In this document: positions 36,739-46,040 of the stretch, one piece after another | How positions within the stretch are numbered: the first letter of the stretch is position 1 | How the letters are laid out: every line of letters starts with the position of its first letter | Source: Vicinamibacteria bacterium | GTDB lineage: Bacteria; Acidobacteriota; Vicinamibacteria; Marinacidobacterales; Marinacidobacteraceae | Assembly: GCA_965199715.1 (NCBI GenBank) | Contig: OZ241322.1 | Location: 416,001-480,000 of the forward strand | Reading direction: 5' to 3' | Length of the DNA: 64,000 nt | Notes under the pieces: generated by a model | The model's database searches: none | What the model saw: the letters and a program-made list of their open reading frames with translations, nothing else | What the model was told of the DNA's origin: nothing | Program-made: the position numbers and the translations under genes

Positions 36739-38964
36739 TCAGCGCCCCCGGCGGTCCCGGTCTCCCCGGTCGCGGCCGCGGTACTCGCGGTCGCCCCGGT
36801 CCCGGCGGCGCGGCGGACCTCCGGGCCCCCGCCGGCGCGTGTTGCGCGGCGGCGACGGCGGCAGGCCGGCGCGCTCGCGGAGGATCTCCTTGGTGGAGAG
36901 CCGCACCTTGCCGCCCTGGTCCATCTCGATCACGCGGACCTCGACCTCGTCGCCTTCCTGGAGCTCGTCCCGGACGCTGTGCACGTGGCGATCGGCGATT
37001 TCCGAGATGTGGAGCAGCCCGTCGGTGCCGGGCAGGATCTCCACGAACGCCCCGAAGTCCACGATCGTCTTGACGACGCCGGTGTAGTCGCGCCCCACCT
37101 CGGGGGTCGGGCCGTTGGCGATCCCGTCGATCCGCTCCTGCGCCCGGCGCGCCGACGCGGCGTCCGCGCCCGCGATGTGGATCACGCCGTCGTCGCCGAC
37201 GTCCACGCGGGCGCCGGTCTCGTCGGTGATCGCGCGGATCGTCTTGCCGCCGGCTCCGATGACCTCCCGGATCTTCCGGACCGGGATCTTCATGGTGAGG
37301 ATGCTCGGCGCGTGCTCGGAGGTCTCCTTGCGCGGCGCCGGGAGCGTCGCGGCCATCTTCCCGAGGATCGCGATCCGGGCTTCCTTGGCTTTCTGGAGTG
37401 CCTCGGCGACGAGCTCGAGCTTCAGGCCCGAGACCTTGATGTCCATCTGCAGGGCGGTGATCCCGCTCTGCGTGCCGGCCACCTTGAAGTCCATGTCGCC
37501 GAAGTGGTCCTCGGCGCCCGCGATGTCGGTCAGGATGCGGCTCGTCTCGCCGTCGGTGACCAGACCCATCGCGATGCCGGCGATCGGTGCGCGGAGCGGC
37601 ACCCCGGCGTCCATCAGCGCGAGGCAGCCGCCGGTGACGGCGGCCATGGAGCTGGACCCGTTGGACTCGAGCGTGTCGGAGACCACGCGAATCGCGAAGT
37701 TGAACTCGCCCTCGTCCGGGATCGCCGGCAGGAGCGCGCGTTCCGCCAGCGCGCCGTGGCCGATCTCGCGCCGGCCGGGACCGCGCATCATCCGCGCCTC
37801 GCCGACCGAGAACGCCGGGAAGTTGTAGTGCAGCATGAACCGTTTCTCGCCGCCGCCGTGCACCCAGTCGAGGCGCTGCCCCTCGCTGGGGGGGGCGAGC
37901 GTGGTGACCGCGAGCGCCTGCGTCTCGCCGCGGGTGAAGATCGCCGACCCGTGGGCGCGCGGGAGCACCGAGACGTCGCACGTGATCTCGCGGATCTCGT
38001 CGAAGGCGCGGCCGTCGAGGCGAGTCCCCTCCTCGAGGATGCACTTCCTGAGGATGTCCTCCTCGAGTCCCTTCACGATCCGATCCACCTCTCCGGCGAG
38101 CGCCCGGAGATCGTCGTCGCGATCGGCGAGGGCCGCGAGTACGTCGGCCTTCACGCCGGCGACCGCGGAAGCGGCCGCGAGCTTGCCCTTCGTGCGCATG
38201 GCTGCGGACAGCGGCCCGGCGAACTCGGCGCGGACCTTCTGCTCGAGCTCGGCGTCGCGCCGCTCGGGAGCCGCCTCGCGCTTGGTCGGTTGGACGAGGT
38301 CGCGCAACTCTTCCTGAAGCGCCACGATGGAGCGGATGTGCTCGTGGGCGAACGCCAGCGCCTCCACCATCCGCGACTCCGCGATCTCCTCTGCGCCGGC
38401 CTCGACCATCACGATGGCGTCGCGGGTGCCGGCGACGACCAGATTCAGCCGGGAGTCGCCCAACTGGGACTGCGAGGGGAACAGCACGAACTCGCCATCG
38501 ACCTGACCGACCCGGACCGCGGTGACCGCCGTGTCGAACGGCAGGTCCGAGATCACGAGCGCGGTGGCCGCCCCGGTGAGCGCGTGCACGTCCGAATCGT
38601 TCTCGCGGTCCGCGGAGAGCAACAGGCAGGTGATCTGCGTGTCGTTGCGCCACGTCGAGGGGAACAGCGGCCGCAGCGGGCGGTCGATCAGGCGGCAGGT
38701 GAGGATCTCCCGCTCGTTGGGACGGCCCTCGCGCTTGAAGAACCCGCCCGGGATGCGGCCCGCGGCGTAGAAGCTCTCGCGGTAGTCCACGGCCAGCGGG
38801 AGGAAGTCCACGTCCGGGCGCGGCCGGGCGGACGCGGCCGCGGTGGAGAGAACGACGGTGTCGCCGTAGCGCACGGTGACCGAACCGGCCGCCTGGCGCG
38901 CGACGCGCCCGGTCTCGATGACGAGATCGCTTGCCCCGATACGGGCTTGAACGGAATGAACCAA
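36739..38964 (-). CDS. pnp: Polyribonucleotide nucleotidyltransferase
   Basis: GRIPGGFFKREGRP, HGSAIFTRGETQ, ESNGSSSMA, GDMDFKVAGT, KH and S1 domains; TTG start. Confidence 0.97.
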   Translation of the reverse strand: MVHSVQARIGASDLVIETGRVARQAAGSVTVRYGDTVVLSTAAASARPRPDVDFLPLAVDYRESFYAAGRIPGGFFKREGRPNEREILTCRLIDRPLRPLFPSTWRNDTQITCLLLSADRENDSDVHALTGAATALVISDLPFDTAVTAVRVGQVDGEFVLFPSQSQLGDSRLNLVVAGTRDAIVMVEAGAEEIAESRMVEALAFAHEHIRSIVALQEELRDLVQPTKREAAPERRDAELEQKVRAEFAGPLSAAMRTKGKLAAASAVAGVKADVLAALADRDDDLRALAGEVDRIVKGLEEDILRKCILEEGTRLDGRAFDEIREITCDVSVLPRAHGSAIFTRGETQALAVTTLAPPSEGQRLDWVHGGGEKRFMLHYNFPAFSVGEARMMRGPGRREIGHGALAERALLPAIPDEGEFNFAIRVVSDTLESNGSSSMAAVTGGCLALMDAGVPLRAPIAGIAMGLVTDGETSRILTDIAGAEDHFGDMDFKVAGTQSGITALQMDIKVSGLKLELVAEALQKAKEARIAILGKMAATLPAPRKETSEHAPSILTMKIPVRKIREVIGAGGKTIRAITDETGARVDVGDDGVIHIAGADAASARRAQERIDGIANGPTPEVGRDYTGVVKTIVDFGAFVEILPGTDGLLHISEIADRHVHSVRDELQEGDEVEVRVIEMDQGGKVRLSTKEILRERAGLPPSPPRNTRRRGPGGPPRRRDRGDREYRGRDRGDRDRRGR

Positions 38965-39031
38965 CGTGACTGCCTTCCTATGGAGGGATTGGGCGAGGGT
39001 GCGCAGGCGCGACGGCGACGATGGGCGCCGT

Positions 39032-39301
39032 TTACTTCCTGAGACCGAGCTCCGCGATCAACTGGCGATACCGGTCCGCGTCCGTGCGGCGGAGGTAGTC
39101 CAGCAGGCGGCGCCGGCGGCTGACCATCTTCAGCAACCCCCGTCGGGAGTGATGGTCTTTCTTGTGAGTGGTGAAGTGGCCCGTCAGCCCGGAGATGCGC
39201 GCGGTGAGCATGGCAACCTGCACTTCGGGGGATCCCACGTCCGTGTCGTGACGGCGGTGCCGCCCGATGATGTCCTGCCGGATGTCTGGCGTCAAGGTCA
39301 C
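39032..39301 (-). CDS. rpsO: 30S ribosomal protein S15
   Basis: [25 protein letters not shown] and LGLRK; 89 aa from GTG 39301. Confidence 0.97.
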   Translation of the reverse strand: MTLTPDIRQDIIGRHRRHDTDVGSPEVQVAMLTARISGLTGHFTTHKKDHHSRRGLLKMVSRRRRLLDYLRRTDADRYRQLIAELGLRK

Positions 39302-39446
39302 GTGCCTGATCCTGTCAACTCTCGGAATGACCGTTCTTGAAACGGGCGGCGGAGGTCGCCGCGGCGAGCCGGCCACGCCGGCCCGGGCCGCCGAAAGGGC
39401 GTCTCGCAGTCGGAACTCCCTTGTCAGCGCCAAATGGAACGGCGGC

Positions 39447-39455
39447 AGCGTAGCA
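39447..39455 (-). promoter_or_regulatory. Extended -10 element (TGCTACGCT) for rpsO-pnp
   Basis: TGnTAnnnT about 145 nt upstream of the rpsO start. Confidence 0.5.
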
Positions 39456-39460
39456 CACGG

Positions 39461-40381
39461 TCACTCCCGTCCCGACCCCGCGCCGCGCGGCCAAACGACC
39501 AACGGACGCCACGAAGTCGCCGTCGCCTCTACAACCGCAACGAATCGAATGCGTCCGACACTGTCGTGTTCGACCGCCGCCCGCCGCTCGCCGGGAACGC
39601 CCTCCGCCGGGATCGGCGCCCCGTGCGTGAGCCGCAGCGCCTGGTCGGGCGCCAGTTCGAGGCGCTCCCAGCCGAGAAACACCTCGAGCGGATCCAGAAG
39701 CGCGGCCCGAAGCTCGTCCCGGGTTCCGAGCGCGTCGAGGGAAACCGCCGCCTCGACCCGGTGGCGGCCCACCGCCAGCCTCCGCAGCGCGGCGAGGTGC
39801 GCCCCCGCTCCTAGGCGGCGCCCCAGATCCCGCGCGAGCGCCCGCACATAGGCGCCGGGCCCGGCCTCGCAGGAGATCACGGCGTCGCGCCCGTCGTAGT
39901 CCACGAGCTCGAGGGAAAACACCCGCACCGGAACCGGGGCCAGCTCCACTTCCCTGCCCGCGCGCGCCAGCCGATGGGCGCGACGACCGGCGACCCGTTT
40001 CGCCGAGTACCGGGGCGGCGTCTGGAGGAGGTCCCCGACGAACTCGGGAAGCGCCTCCCGGAGCCGCTCCTCCTCCGGCGGCGGCCCGGGCGCGCCGATC
40101 GGGCGCCCGGTGCAGTCGTCGGTGTCGGTCCCCTGGCCGAAGCGGACGGTCGCCCGGTACCGCTTCGCGCCGGCGCCCACGAACCGGATCAGGCGGGTGG
40201 CGGGGCCGAGGCACAGGGGAAGGAGCCCGGTCGCGAACGGATCCAGCGATCCGGCGTGCCCGGTCCGAACTCCGCCCGAGACCCGCGCGACCTTCCGGAC
40301 CACTCCGGCGGAGGTGATCCCCGGCTCCTTGTCCACGAGCAGCAGGCCCTGGAGCGTAGCCTCCTCCGGCGATGGGGTCAG
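39461..40381 (-). CDS. truB: tRNA pseudouridine(55) synthase TruB (start uncertain, probably CTG)
   Basis: GLLLVDKEPGITS, GHAGSLDPFATGLL, TDTDD, PPRYSAK and YVRALARDLG. Confidence 0.93.
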   Translation of the reverse strand: MTPSPEEATLQGLLLVDKEPGITSAGVVRKVARVSGGVRTGHAGSLDPFATGLLPLCLGPATRLIRFVGAGAKRYRATVRFGQGTDTDDCTGRPIGAPGPPPEEERLREALPEFVGDLLQTPPRYSAKRVAGRRAHRLARAGREVELAPVPVRVFSLELVDYDGRDAVISCEAGPGAYVRALARDLGRRLGAGAHLAALRRLAVGRHRVEAAVSLDALGTRDELRAALLDPLEVFLGWERLELAPDQALRLTHGAPIPAEGVPGERRAAVEHDSVGRIRFVAVVEATATSWRPLVVWPRGAGSGRE

Positions 40382-40782
40382 CGCTCCGCCTCGTCGGGGT
40401 CGGGCTCCGGCGCCGGGCGACGTTCGCGCTCCTCCTCGAGGAGGCGCTCGAGGCGAATCCCGAACTCCACCGACGGGTCGTACACGAAGCGCACTTCCGG
40501 CGTCAGCCGCAGCCGCACCCGGGCGCCGAGCATCCCGCGCACCCGGCCTTCGGCGCGCCGAAGCGCCTTGAGCGTCTCGTCGCGCTCTTCGGGCGAGCCG
40601 AGCACGGACACTCGGACCTTCGCCACCGAGAGATCGCGCGCCATCTCCACCCGCGTCACGGTGGCGCGGGCGATGCGCGGATCCCCGAACTCGAAGCGCA
40701 GCATGTCGGAGATTTCGCGGCGAAGCTGCTCGCCGACGCGGTCCGACCGGGCCCACGCGCCCGGGGCCTCAAGCCTCGACAT
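40378..40782 (-). CDS. rbfA: Ribosome-binding factor A
   Basis: RVGEQLRREIS, DPRI and LRLTPEVRFVYD. Confidence 0.95.
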   Translation of the reverse strand: MSRLEAPGAWARSDRVGEQLRREISDMLRFEFGDPRIARATVTRVEMARDLSVAKVRVSVLGSPEERDETLKALRRAEGRVRGMLGARVRLRLTPEVRFVYDPSVEFGIRLERLLEEERERRPAPEPDPDEAER

Positions 40783-41098
40783 GCTCGTCCCCCCCGCCGC
40801 CGTCCAGCCGGGCCCACACGATCTCCGCGCCGGACACCTCGGCCGGGAACGCCCGGACCGCCAGCGCCGACGCCGCCGAAAGCCGCGCCTGAACGACCGG
40901 CCGCCCGCTGCCGATGGCGACCACGCTCAGCTCCGCTTCCCGCAGCGCCTGCGGATCCCCGGTCTCGGCGACGGCGACCTGACAGCGGGCGCGAAGCCGA
41001 TCCCCGAGCGAACGGACCACCCGCCGCCGGTCCTTGAGCGAGCGGGCTCCCGGCAGCGACAGCGTCAGCAGCAGGACGCCGACCGACGTGACTGCCAT
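40769..41098 (-). CDS. DUF503 (YlxP-like) protein
   Basis: LPGARSLKDRRRVVRSL and VAVAE; typical infB-DUF503-rbfA position. Confidence 0.85.
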   Translation of the reverse strand: MAVTSVGVLLLTLSLPGARSLKDRRRVVRSLGDRLRARCQVAVAETGDPQALREAELSVVAIGSGRPVVQARLSAASALAVRAFPAEVSGAEIVWARLDGGGGDEHVEA

Positions 41099-41129
41099 GC
41101 CCGGCGAGACGGCCAGACGGGAGCCGGGA

Positions 41130-43793
41130 TCAGCCCAGCGCCCGATTCTCGACCGGAACCTCCTCGAAGGCCTCGATGATGTCGCCGATCTTGACGTCGT
41201 TGTAGCCGGCGAGGCCGACGCCGCACTCGAACCCCTCGCGCACCTTGCCCACGTCCTCCTTGAAGCGGCGGAGGCTGCCGATCCGGCCCTCGTGGACGAC
41301 CCGCCCGTCGCGGACGAGCCGCACCCGGGCGCTCTTGGGCACGGTCCCCTCCAGCACGTACGAGCCGGCCACCACGCCGACGCGGGGCACCTGGAACGTC
41401 TTGCGCACCTCGATCTTCCCGACCTCGACGACCTCCATCTCGGGCTTGAGCATCCCGACGATGGCCTTCTCGATTTCCTCGGTGAGGTGGTAGATCACGG
41501 TGTGGGCGCGGATCTCGACGCCCTCGCGCTCGGCGAGCCGCGCCGCGGAGGGTTCCGGACGCACGCCGAACGCGACCACGATGGCGTCCGCCGCCGCGGC
41601 GAGGTTCACGTCGGTCTCGGTCACCGCGCCGGCGGCGGCGTGCACCACCTGCACGCTCACTTCCCGGTTCCCGAGCTTCATCAGCGTGTCCCGCACCGCC
41701 TCGACGGTGCCGCCGACGTCCGCCTTGACCACGATCGGCAGCTCCTTGCGGCCCTCGCCGGAGACCTGCGCGTGGAGCGTGGCGAGGTTCAGCCGCTGGC
41801 GGCCCTCGATCCGCTGCATGCGGTTCGCGTCCTGCCGTTCCTCGGCGACCCGCCGCGCCTCGGCGGGCGCGGGCGTGACCCGGAAGCGATCCCCCACCAC
41901 CGGCACGTCGCTGAGGCCGAGAACTTCCACCGGGGTCGAAGGCGGCGCCTTCTTCATCCGCTTGCCGCGCTCGTCGAGGAGCGCCCGGACCTTGCCCCAC
42001 GCCCCGCCGGCGCTGACCACGTCTCCGACCGAGAGGCTGCCGCCCTGGACGAGCAACTGCGCGACCGAACCGCGTCCGCGATCCTTGCGCGCCTCGAGAA
42101 CCACGCCGTGCGCCAGCTCGTTCGGGTTGGCCATCGGCTCCTCGAGCTCGGCGACCGTGAGCACCGACTGAAGCAGGTCGTCCAGCCCCTCCTTCGTCTT
42201 CGCCGACACCGGGCAGAAGATCGTGTCCCCGCCCCATTCCTCGGGGTTGAGCCCGCGCTCGGAGAGCTGACGCATGACCGTTTCCGCGTTCGCGCCGGGG
42301 CGGTCCATCTTGTTGACCGCGACCACGATCGGGACCTTGGCCGCCCGGGCGTGGCTCAGCGCCTCGAGCGTCTGCTCCTTGACTCCGTCGTCGGCCGCGA
42401 CCACGAGAATGACCGCGTCGGTGACGTTGGCGCCCCGCGCCCGCATCTTGCTGAACGCCTCGTGGCCCGGCGTGTCCAGGAACACGATCGGGTGGCCGTT
42501 CGACTGCACCGCGTAGGCGCTCATGTGCTGGGTGATGCCGCCCGCCTCGCTGTCCACCACCCGCGACTCGCGGATCGCGTCGAGGAGGCTGGTCTTGCCG
42601 TGGTCCACGTGCCCCATGACGGTGATCACCGGGGCGCGCTCCACGAGTCCCACGACCGAAGCCTCCGCGTCCTCGGTCGCCTTCGCCACCGCGACCGCCG
42701 CCTCGGCGACCTTGCCGCCGAAGCCGCGCACGACCTGCGCGGCGGTCTCCTGGTCCAGCAGTTGGTTGATGGAGGCCACCACGCCGTGCTTGAGCAGCAG
42801 GCCCTTGACCACCTCCACCGGCGGGATGGACATTGCGTCGGCGAGATCCTTGAGCGAGATGAGATCGCCCAGCTCGATCGTCGCGGTGGTCCGGAACTCC
42901 CGCCCCGCCTGCCGCAGCCCGGGAGGCAGCGGGCTGTCGAATCCGTCGAGCGTCGTCTCGGGCGCGTCGGTGGGGGCCGCCGCGCGGCGCGACCGCGAGC
43001 GCTTGCCGGGGCCGGGACGGCCGCCCGGCTTCGAGGGCGGACCCGGGCGCGAGGGCCGCAGCGACGGCGGCGTGGCGCGGATTCGGGGCGGCGTGGCTCG
43101 CCGCGTGGGGGTCCGGGTGAGCGAAGCGGCGATGACACGCTCGGTCGCCCCCGGACGGAACGTCGCGGGGCTCGCCGCCGCGGCGATGCTTGCGGTCTCC
43201 AGACGCCGGCGCCCCCGAGCGGGGGCGGGCGAAACGTCGGTCGCCGCGGTCTTTCCGGACTCCTTGGACTCGGCGGCGCGTTCCTGCGCGACCGGACGGA
43301 CCTCGGCCTTGGCGGACGCGGCGCGCTGTCGGGCCGCTTCGGCGGCCTCGCGCTCCTGCTGGGCCCGACGCTTCGCCTCGGCCTCGCGAGCGGCCCGCAG
43401 CGCCTGCTGCTCGGCCGCGAGGCGCCTGGCTTCGGCCGCGCGCTCCTGCTCGGCCCGCTGCCGCTCGGCCTCCCGGGCTTCGGCGGCGGCGCGCTCGCGA
43501 GCCGCCTCGACTTCGCGGACCTCCCGATCGGCCTTCTCGCGCTCGGCCGCCGCCGCCCGCTCCGCTTCCGCCTGGCGGATCTTCTCCCGAGCTTCGGCGC
43601 GGCGGTCCACGCGCTTGGCCTTTCCCCGCTGGATGCGCAGCTTGGTGCGGATCCGCTTGGCGGCGATGTCCGGAATGGACGACGAAACCGTGCGCACCCG
43701 CACCTTGGGGTCGGCCTTCAGCGTCGCGAGCAGCTCGCCCGGCTCCATGCCGAGCTCCTTCGCGAGATCGCTCACGCGGACGGTTGCTGGCAT
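41130..43793 (-). CDS. infB: Translation initiation factor IF-2
   Basis: [43 protein letters not shown] and GFECG. Confidence 0.98.
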   Translation of the reverse strand: MPATVRVSDLAKELGMEPGELLATLKADPKVRVRTVSSSIPDIAAKRIRTKLRIQRGKAKRVDRRAEAREKIRQAEAERAAAAEREKADREVREVEAARERAAAEAREAERQRAEQERAAEARRLAAEQQALRAAREAEAKRRAQQEREAAEAARQRAASAKAEVRPVAQERAAESKESGKTAATDVSPAPARGRRRLETASIAAAASPATFRPGATERVIAASLTRTPTRRATPPRIRATPPSLRPSRPGPPSKPGGRPGPGKRSRSRRAAAPTDAPETTLDGFDSPLPPGLRQAGREFRTTATIELGDLISLKDLADAMSIPPVEVVKGLLLKHGVVASINQLLDQETAAQVVRGFGGKVAEAAVAVAKATEDAEASVVGLVERAPVITVMGHVDHGKTSLLDAIRESRVVDSEAGGITQHMSAYAVQSNGHPIVFLDTPGHEAFSKMRARGANVTDAVILVVAADDGVKEQTLEALSHARAAKVPIVVAVNKMDRPGANAETVMRQLSERGLNPEEWGGDTIFCPVSAKTKEGLDDLLQSVLTVAELEEPMANPNELAHGVVLEARKDRGRGSVAQLLVQGGSLSVGDVVSAGGAWGKVRALLDERGKRMKKAPPSTPVEVLGLSDVPVVGDRFRVTPAPAEARRVAEERQDANRMQRIEGRQRLNLATLHAQVSGEGRKELPIVVKADVGGTVEAVRDTLMKLGNREVSVQVVHAAAGAVTETDVNLAAAADAIVVAFGVRPEPSAARLAEREGVEIRAHTVIYHLTEEIEKAIVGMLKPEMEVVEVGKIEVRKTFQVPRVGVVAGSYVLEGTVPKSARVRLVRDGRVVHEGRIGSLRRFKEDVGKVREGFECGVGLAGYNDVKIGDIIEAFEEVPVENRALG

Positions 43794-43797
43794 GGAA

Positions 43798-45399
43798 TCA
43801 GTCGGTGCTCTCGGGGGCGCTCGGTTCCGTCGGCTCGGGAACGGGCGCCTGCTCGTCCACCGGCTCCGGCCCGCGGCTGGCGCGTAGGCTATCGCTACCG
43901 GGCGCCGAATTCGGGCGCCGCCGACCTCGCTCCTGGGGGAAGGGCCGACGCTCGCCGTCGCGGCGCGGCGGGCGATCCGTCCCCTCGCGGCGGAACCGGC
44001 GGCGGCGGTCGTCGTCGCGGCGCGGCGGGCGATCCGTCCCCTCGCGGCGGAACCGGCGGCGGTCGTCGCCGTCGCGGCGCGGCGGGCGATCCGTCCCCTC
44101 GCGGCGGAACCGGCGGCGGTCGTCGCCGTCGCGGCGCGGCGGGCGATCCGTCCCCTCGCGGCGGAACCGGCGGCGGCGGTCGTCGTCGCGGCGCGGCGGG
44201 CGATCCGTCCCCTCGCGGCGGAACCGGCGGCGGTCGTCGCCGTCGCGGCGCGGCGGGCGATCCGTCCCCTCGCGGCGGAACCGGCGGCGGTCGTCGCCGT
44301 CGCGGCGCGGCGGGCGATCCGTCCCCTCGCGGCGGAACCGGCGGCGGTCGTCGCCGTCGCGGCGCGGCGGGCGATCCGTCCCCTCGCGGCGGAACCGGCG
44401 GCGGTCGTCGTCCTCGCGCCGGGGCCGCCGCTCCACTTCGCGGCCGCGCATTGGCGGGCGCGGTCCCCTGCCCCGGGCGGATCCGCCCGCGCGCGTGCCG
44501 CCTTCCTCCGGGGCGCGCACCTCGAGCGGCGCGCCGAGCAGATCGGCGGCGAGGCGGACGTTCTGGCCGCGCTTGCCGAGCGTTCGGGGCAGCTCCTCCT
44601 CGGCCACCAGCACCAGCAAGGCGCCGGGCTCCCGGGAATCGGGATCCGGGCCCACCGAAAGCACTTCCGCCGGACGCAGCGCGTGCCGGGCGAAGACCGC
44701 CGGATCGGGATGCCAGCGCACGACGTCCACGCGCTCGCCCCGAAGCTCCCGGCTGACCGCCCGAATCCGGCTCCCGCCGGGGCCGAGGCAGCACGCCACC
44801 GGATCCACGTCCCGGCGCTCGGCGGACACGGCCGCCTTGGCGCGCACCCCCGGCAGCCGCGCCACCCCCCGGACGCGGACGATCCCGGAGCGGACCTCGG
44901 GCGCCTCGCGTTCGAGCGCCCCGGCCACCACCTCGGGGGCGATCCGGGAGAGGATCACCGGAGGCTCCTCGGGCCGCAGCGCGACCACGACCGCACGCAC
45001 GGTGTCGTCGGGGTTGAACACCTCGTGGCGGCTCTGCTCGTTCGCCGGCAAGCGGGCCACGGAGGCGCCGAGATCGACGATCAGGTCCGCGCCCTCGCGG
45101 CGAAGCACCCGCCCGGTCTCGAGCTTTCCGATGCGGTCGCGGAACCGCTCGCCGCCCGCGAGCAGGCGGGACTGGCGCAGCCGGTCCTCCAGCTCGCCGC
45201 GGGCGGCGCGGACAACGGGCCGGGCGAGTCCCTCGAGCTCGGTCTCGCCCGCTTCGGAGGCCGCGCGGTGGAACCGGCCGGTCTCTAGGTCCAGCCGGAC
45301 CGCCACTGCCTCGCCGGCGCTCTCCGACGCGGCGCGACCCGCAGCCGCCTCCACGCTGGCGACGATCTCTTGGGCGGGGACTCCCGAAACCGAGGCCAC
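43798..45399 (-). CDS. nusA: Transcription factor NusA with a repetitive Arg/Asp-rich C-terminal extension (start uncertain, about 45399-45430)
   Basis: S1 domain, VARLPGVRAKAAV, DPVACCLGPGGSRI, GERVDVV and GKRGQNVRLAA; rimP-nusA-infB order. Confidence 0.9.
   Translation of the reverse strand: MASVSGVPAQEIVASVEAAAGRAASESAGEAVAVRLDLETGRFHRAASEAGETELEGLARPVVRAARGELEDRLRQSRLLAGGERFRDRIGKLETGRVLRREGADLIVDLGASVARLPANEQSRHEVFNPDDTVRAVVVALRPEEPPVILSRIAPEVVAGALEREAPEVRSGIVRVRGVARLPGVRAKAAVSAERRDVDPVACCLGPGGSRIRAVSRELRGERVDVVRWHPDPAVFARHALRPAEVLSVGPDPDSREPGALLVLVAEEELPRTLGKRGQNVRLAADLLGAPLEVRAPEEGGTRAGGSARGRGPRPPMRGREVERRPRREDDDRRRFRREGTDRPPRRDGDDRRRFRREGTDRPPRRDGDDRRRFRREGTDRPPRRDGDDRRRFRREGTDRPPRRDDDRRRRFRREGTDRPPRRDGDDRRRFRREGTDRPPRRDGDDRRRFRREGTDRPPRRDDDRRRRFRREGTDRPPRRDGERRPFPQERGRRRPNSAPGSDSLRASRGPEPVDEQAPVPEPTEPSAPESTD
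43952..44410. repeat. 57-bp coding tandem repeat, about 8 copies, in nusA
   Basis: Unit (+) tcgccgtcgcggcgcggcgggcgatccgtcccctcgcggcggaaccggcggcggtcg; encodes DRPPRRDGDDRRRFRREGT or DRPPRRDDDRRRRFRREGT on the - strand. Confidence 0.95.
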
Positions 45400-45407
45400 T
45401 TCGGCGA

Positions 45408-45929
45408 TCAGCTCTCCGAGCGCGATCGTCGCGCTCCTCTTCGGAGCAACGCGGCGACGTCGGGGTCGAGGCGGGCCGCCGCGACGGCGGACCACGCGAC
45501 CGCGAGCTCCTTCGGCGTCGTCCCCAGATGCAGGACTCCGCCCTCGACCCGGGCGAGGGTCGCGCTCCGCTCGGAATCCCGGTCGCCGTCCCGATACCGC
45601 ACCCGGATCCTCCGGCCCAGGAAGCGCTCGCAGTCGGCCAGCGAGCGAAGGGGCCGGAAGAGGCCCGGAGTGCTGACCTCCAGCGTGTACGGGCCCCGGA
45701 ACGGATCCTCCACGTCGAGCATCGCCGAGAGCGCGTGGTTCACCCGCTCGCAGTCGGCAAGACCCACCGCGTCGGCTTCGCGTTCGATGAATACGCACAG
45801 TCTCCGCCCCGAACGGGGTCCCTTGATCTCGACCCATGCGAGGCCTACTCCCGCCGCTTCCGCGGCCTCGCGCGCCAACCGCTCGACTCGTTCGACGATT
45901 CCCTTGGGGTCGTGGGGGTCGTGGGGAAT
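45408..45929 (-). CDS. rimP: Ribosome maturation factor RimP (start uncertain, probably ATT)
   Basis: LADCERVNHALSAMLDVEDP and YTLEVSTPGLFRPL. Confidence 0.9.
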   Translation of the reverse strand: MPHDPHDPKGIVERVERLAREAAEAAGVGLAWVEIKGPRSGRRLCVFIEREADAVGLADCERVNHALSAMLDVEDPFRGPYTLEVSTPGLFRPLRSLADCERFLGRRIRVRYRDGDRDSERSATLARVEGGVLHLGTTPKELAVAWSAVAAARLDPDVAALLRRGARRSRSES

Positions 45930-45957
45930 GCGGAAGCGCCTCCGTCGCGCGATCGGG

Positions 45958-45990
45958 AAAAAGAAACCGCTGCCGGAGTGCGACAGCGGC
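45958..45990 (-). terminator. Hairpin plus U-tract attenuator in the rimP leader
   Basis: Minus strand gccgctgtcg-cactc-cggcagcggt followed by ttcttttt, between the promoter and rimP. Confidence 0.65.
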
Positions 45991-46031
45991 TGGAACCGGA
46001 GGCGGAACTGCTTCCGCCACCGAGCGGCGGG

Positions 46032-46040
46032 ACTATACCA
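46032..46040 (-). promoter_or_regulatory. Extended -10 element (TGGTATAGT) for rimP-nusA-infB
   Basis: TGnTAnnnT overlapping the rimO stop codon. Confidence 0.55.

Noticed and set aside
39302-39433. In-frame upstream TTG giving MALTRE..., resembling an S15 N-terminus
   Set aside because: The following ~40 codons are not S15-like and the GTG start gives a normal 89-aa S15; probably coincidence.
43000-43650. Ala/Glu/Arg and Pro/Arg low-complexity region in IF-2
   Set aside because: Normal variable N-terminal region of IF-2.
43952-44410. Possible CRISPR array
   Set aside because: Units are contiguous with no unique spacers, are a multiple of 3 and in frame within nusA, and no cas genes are present.
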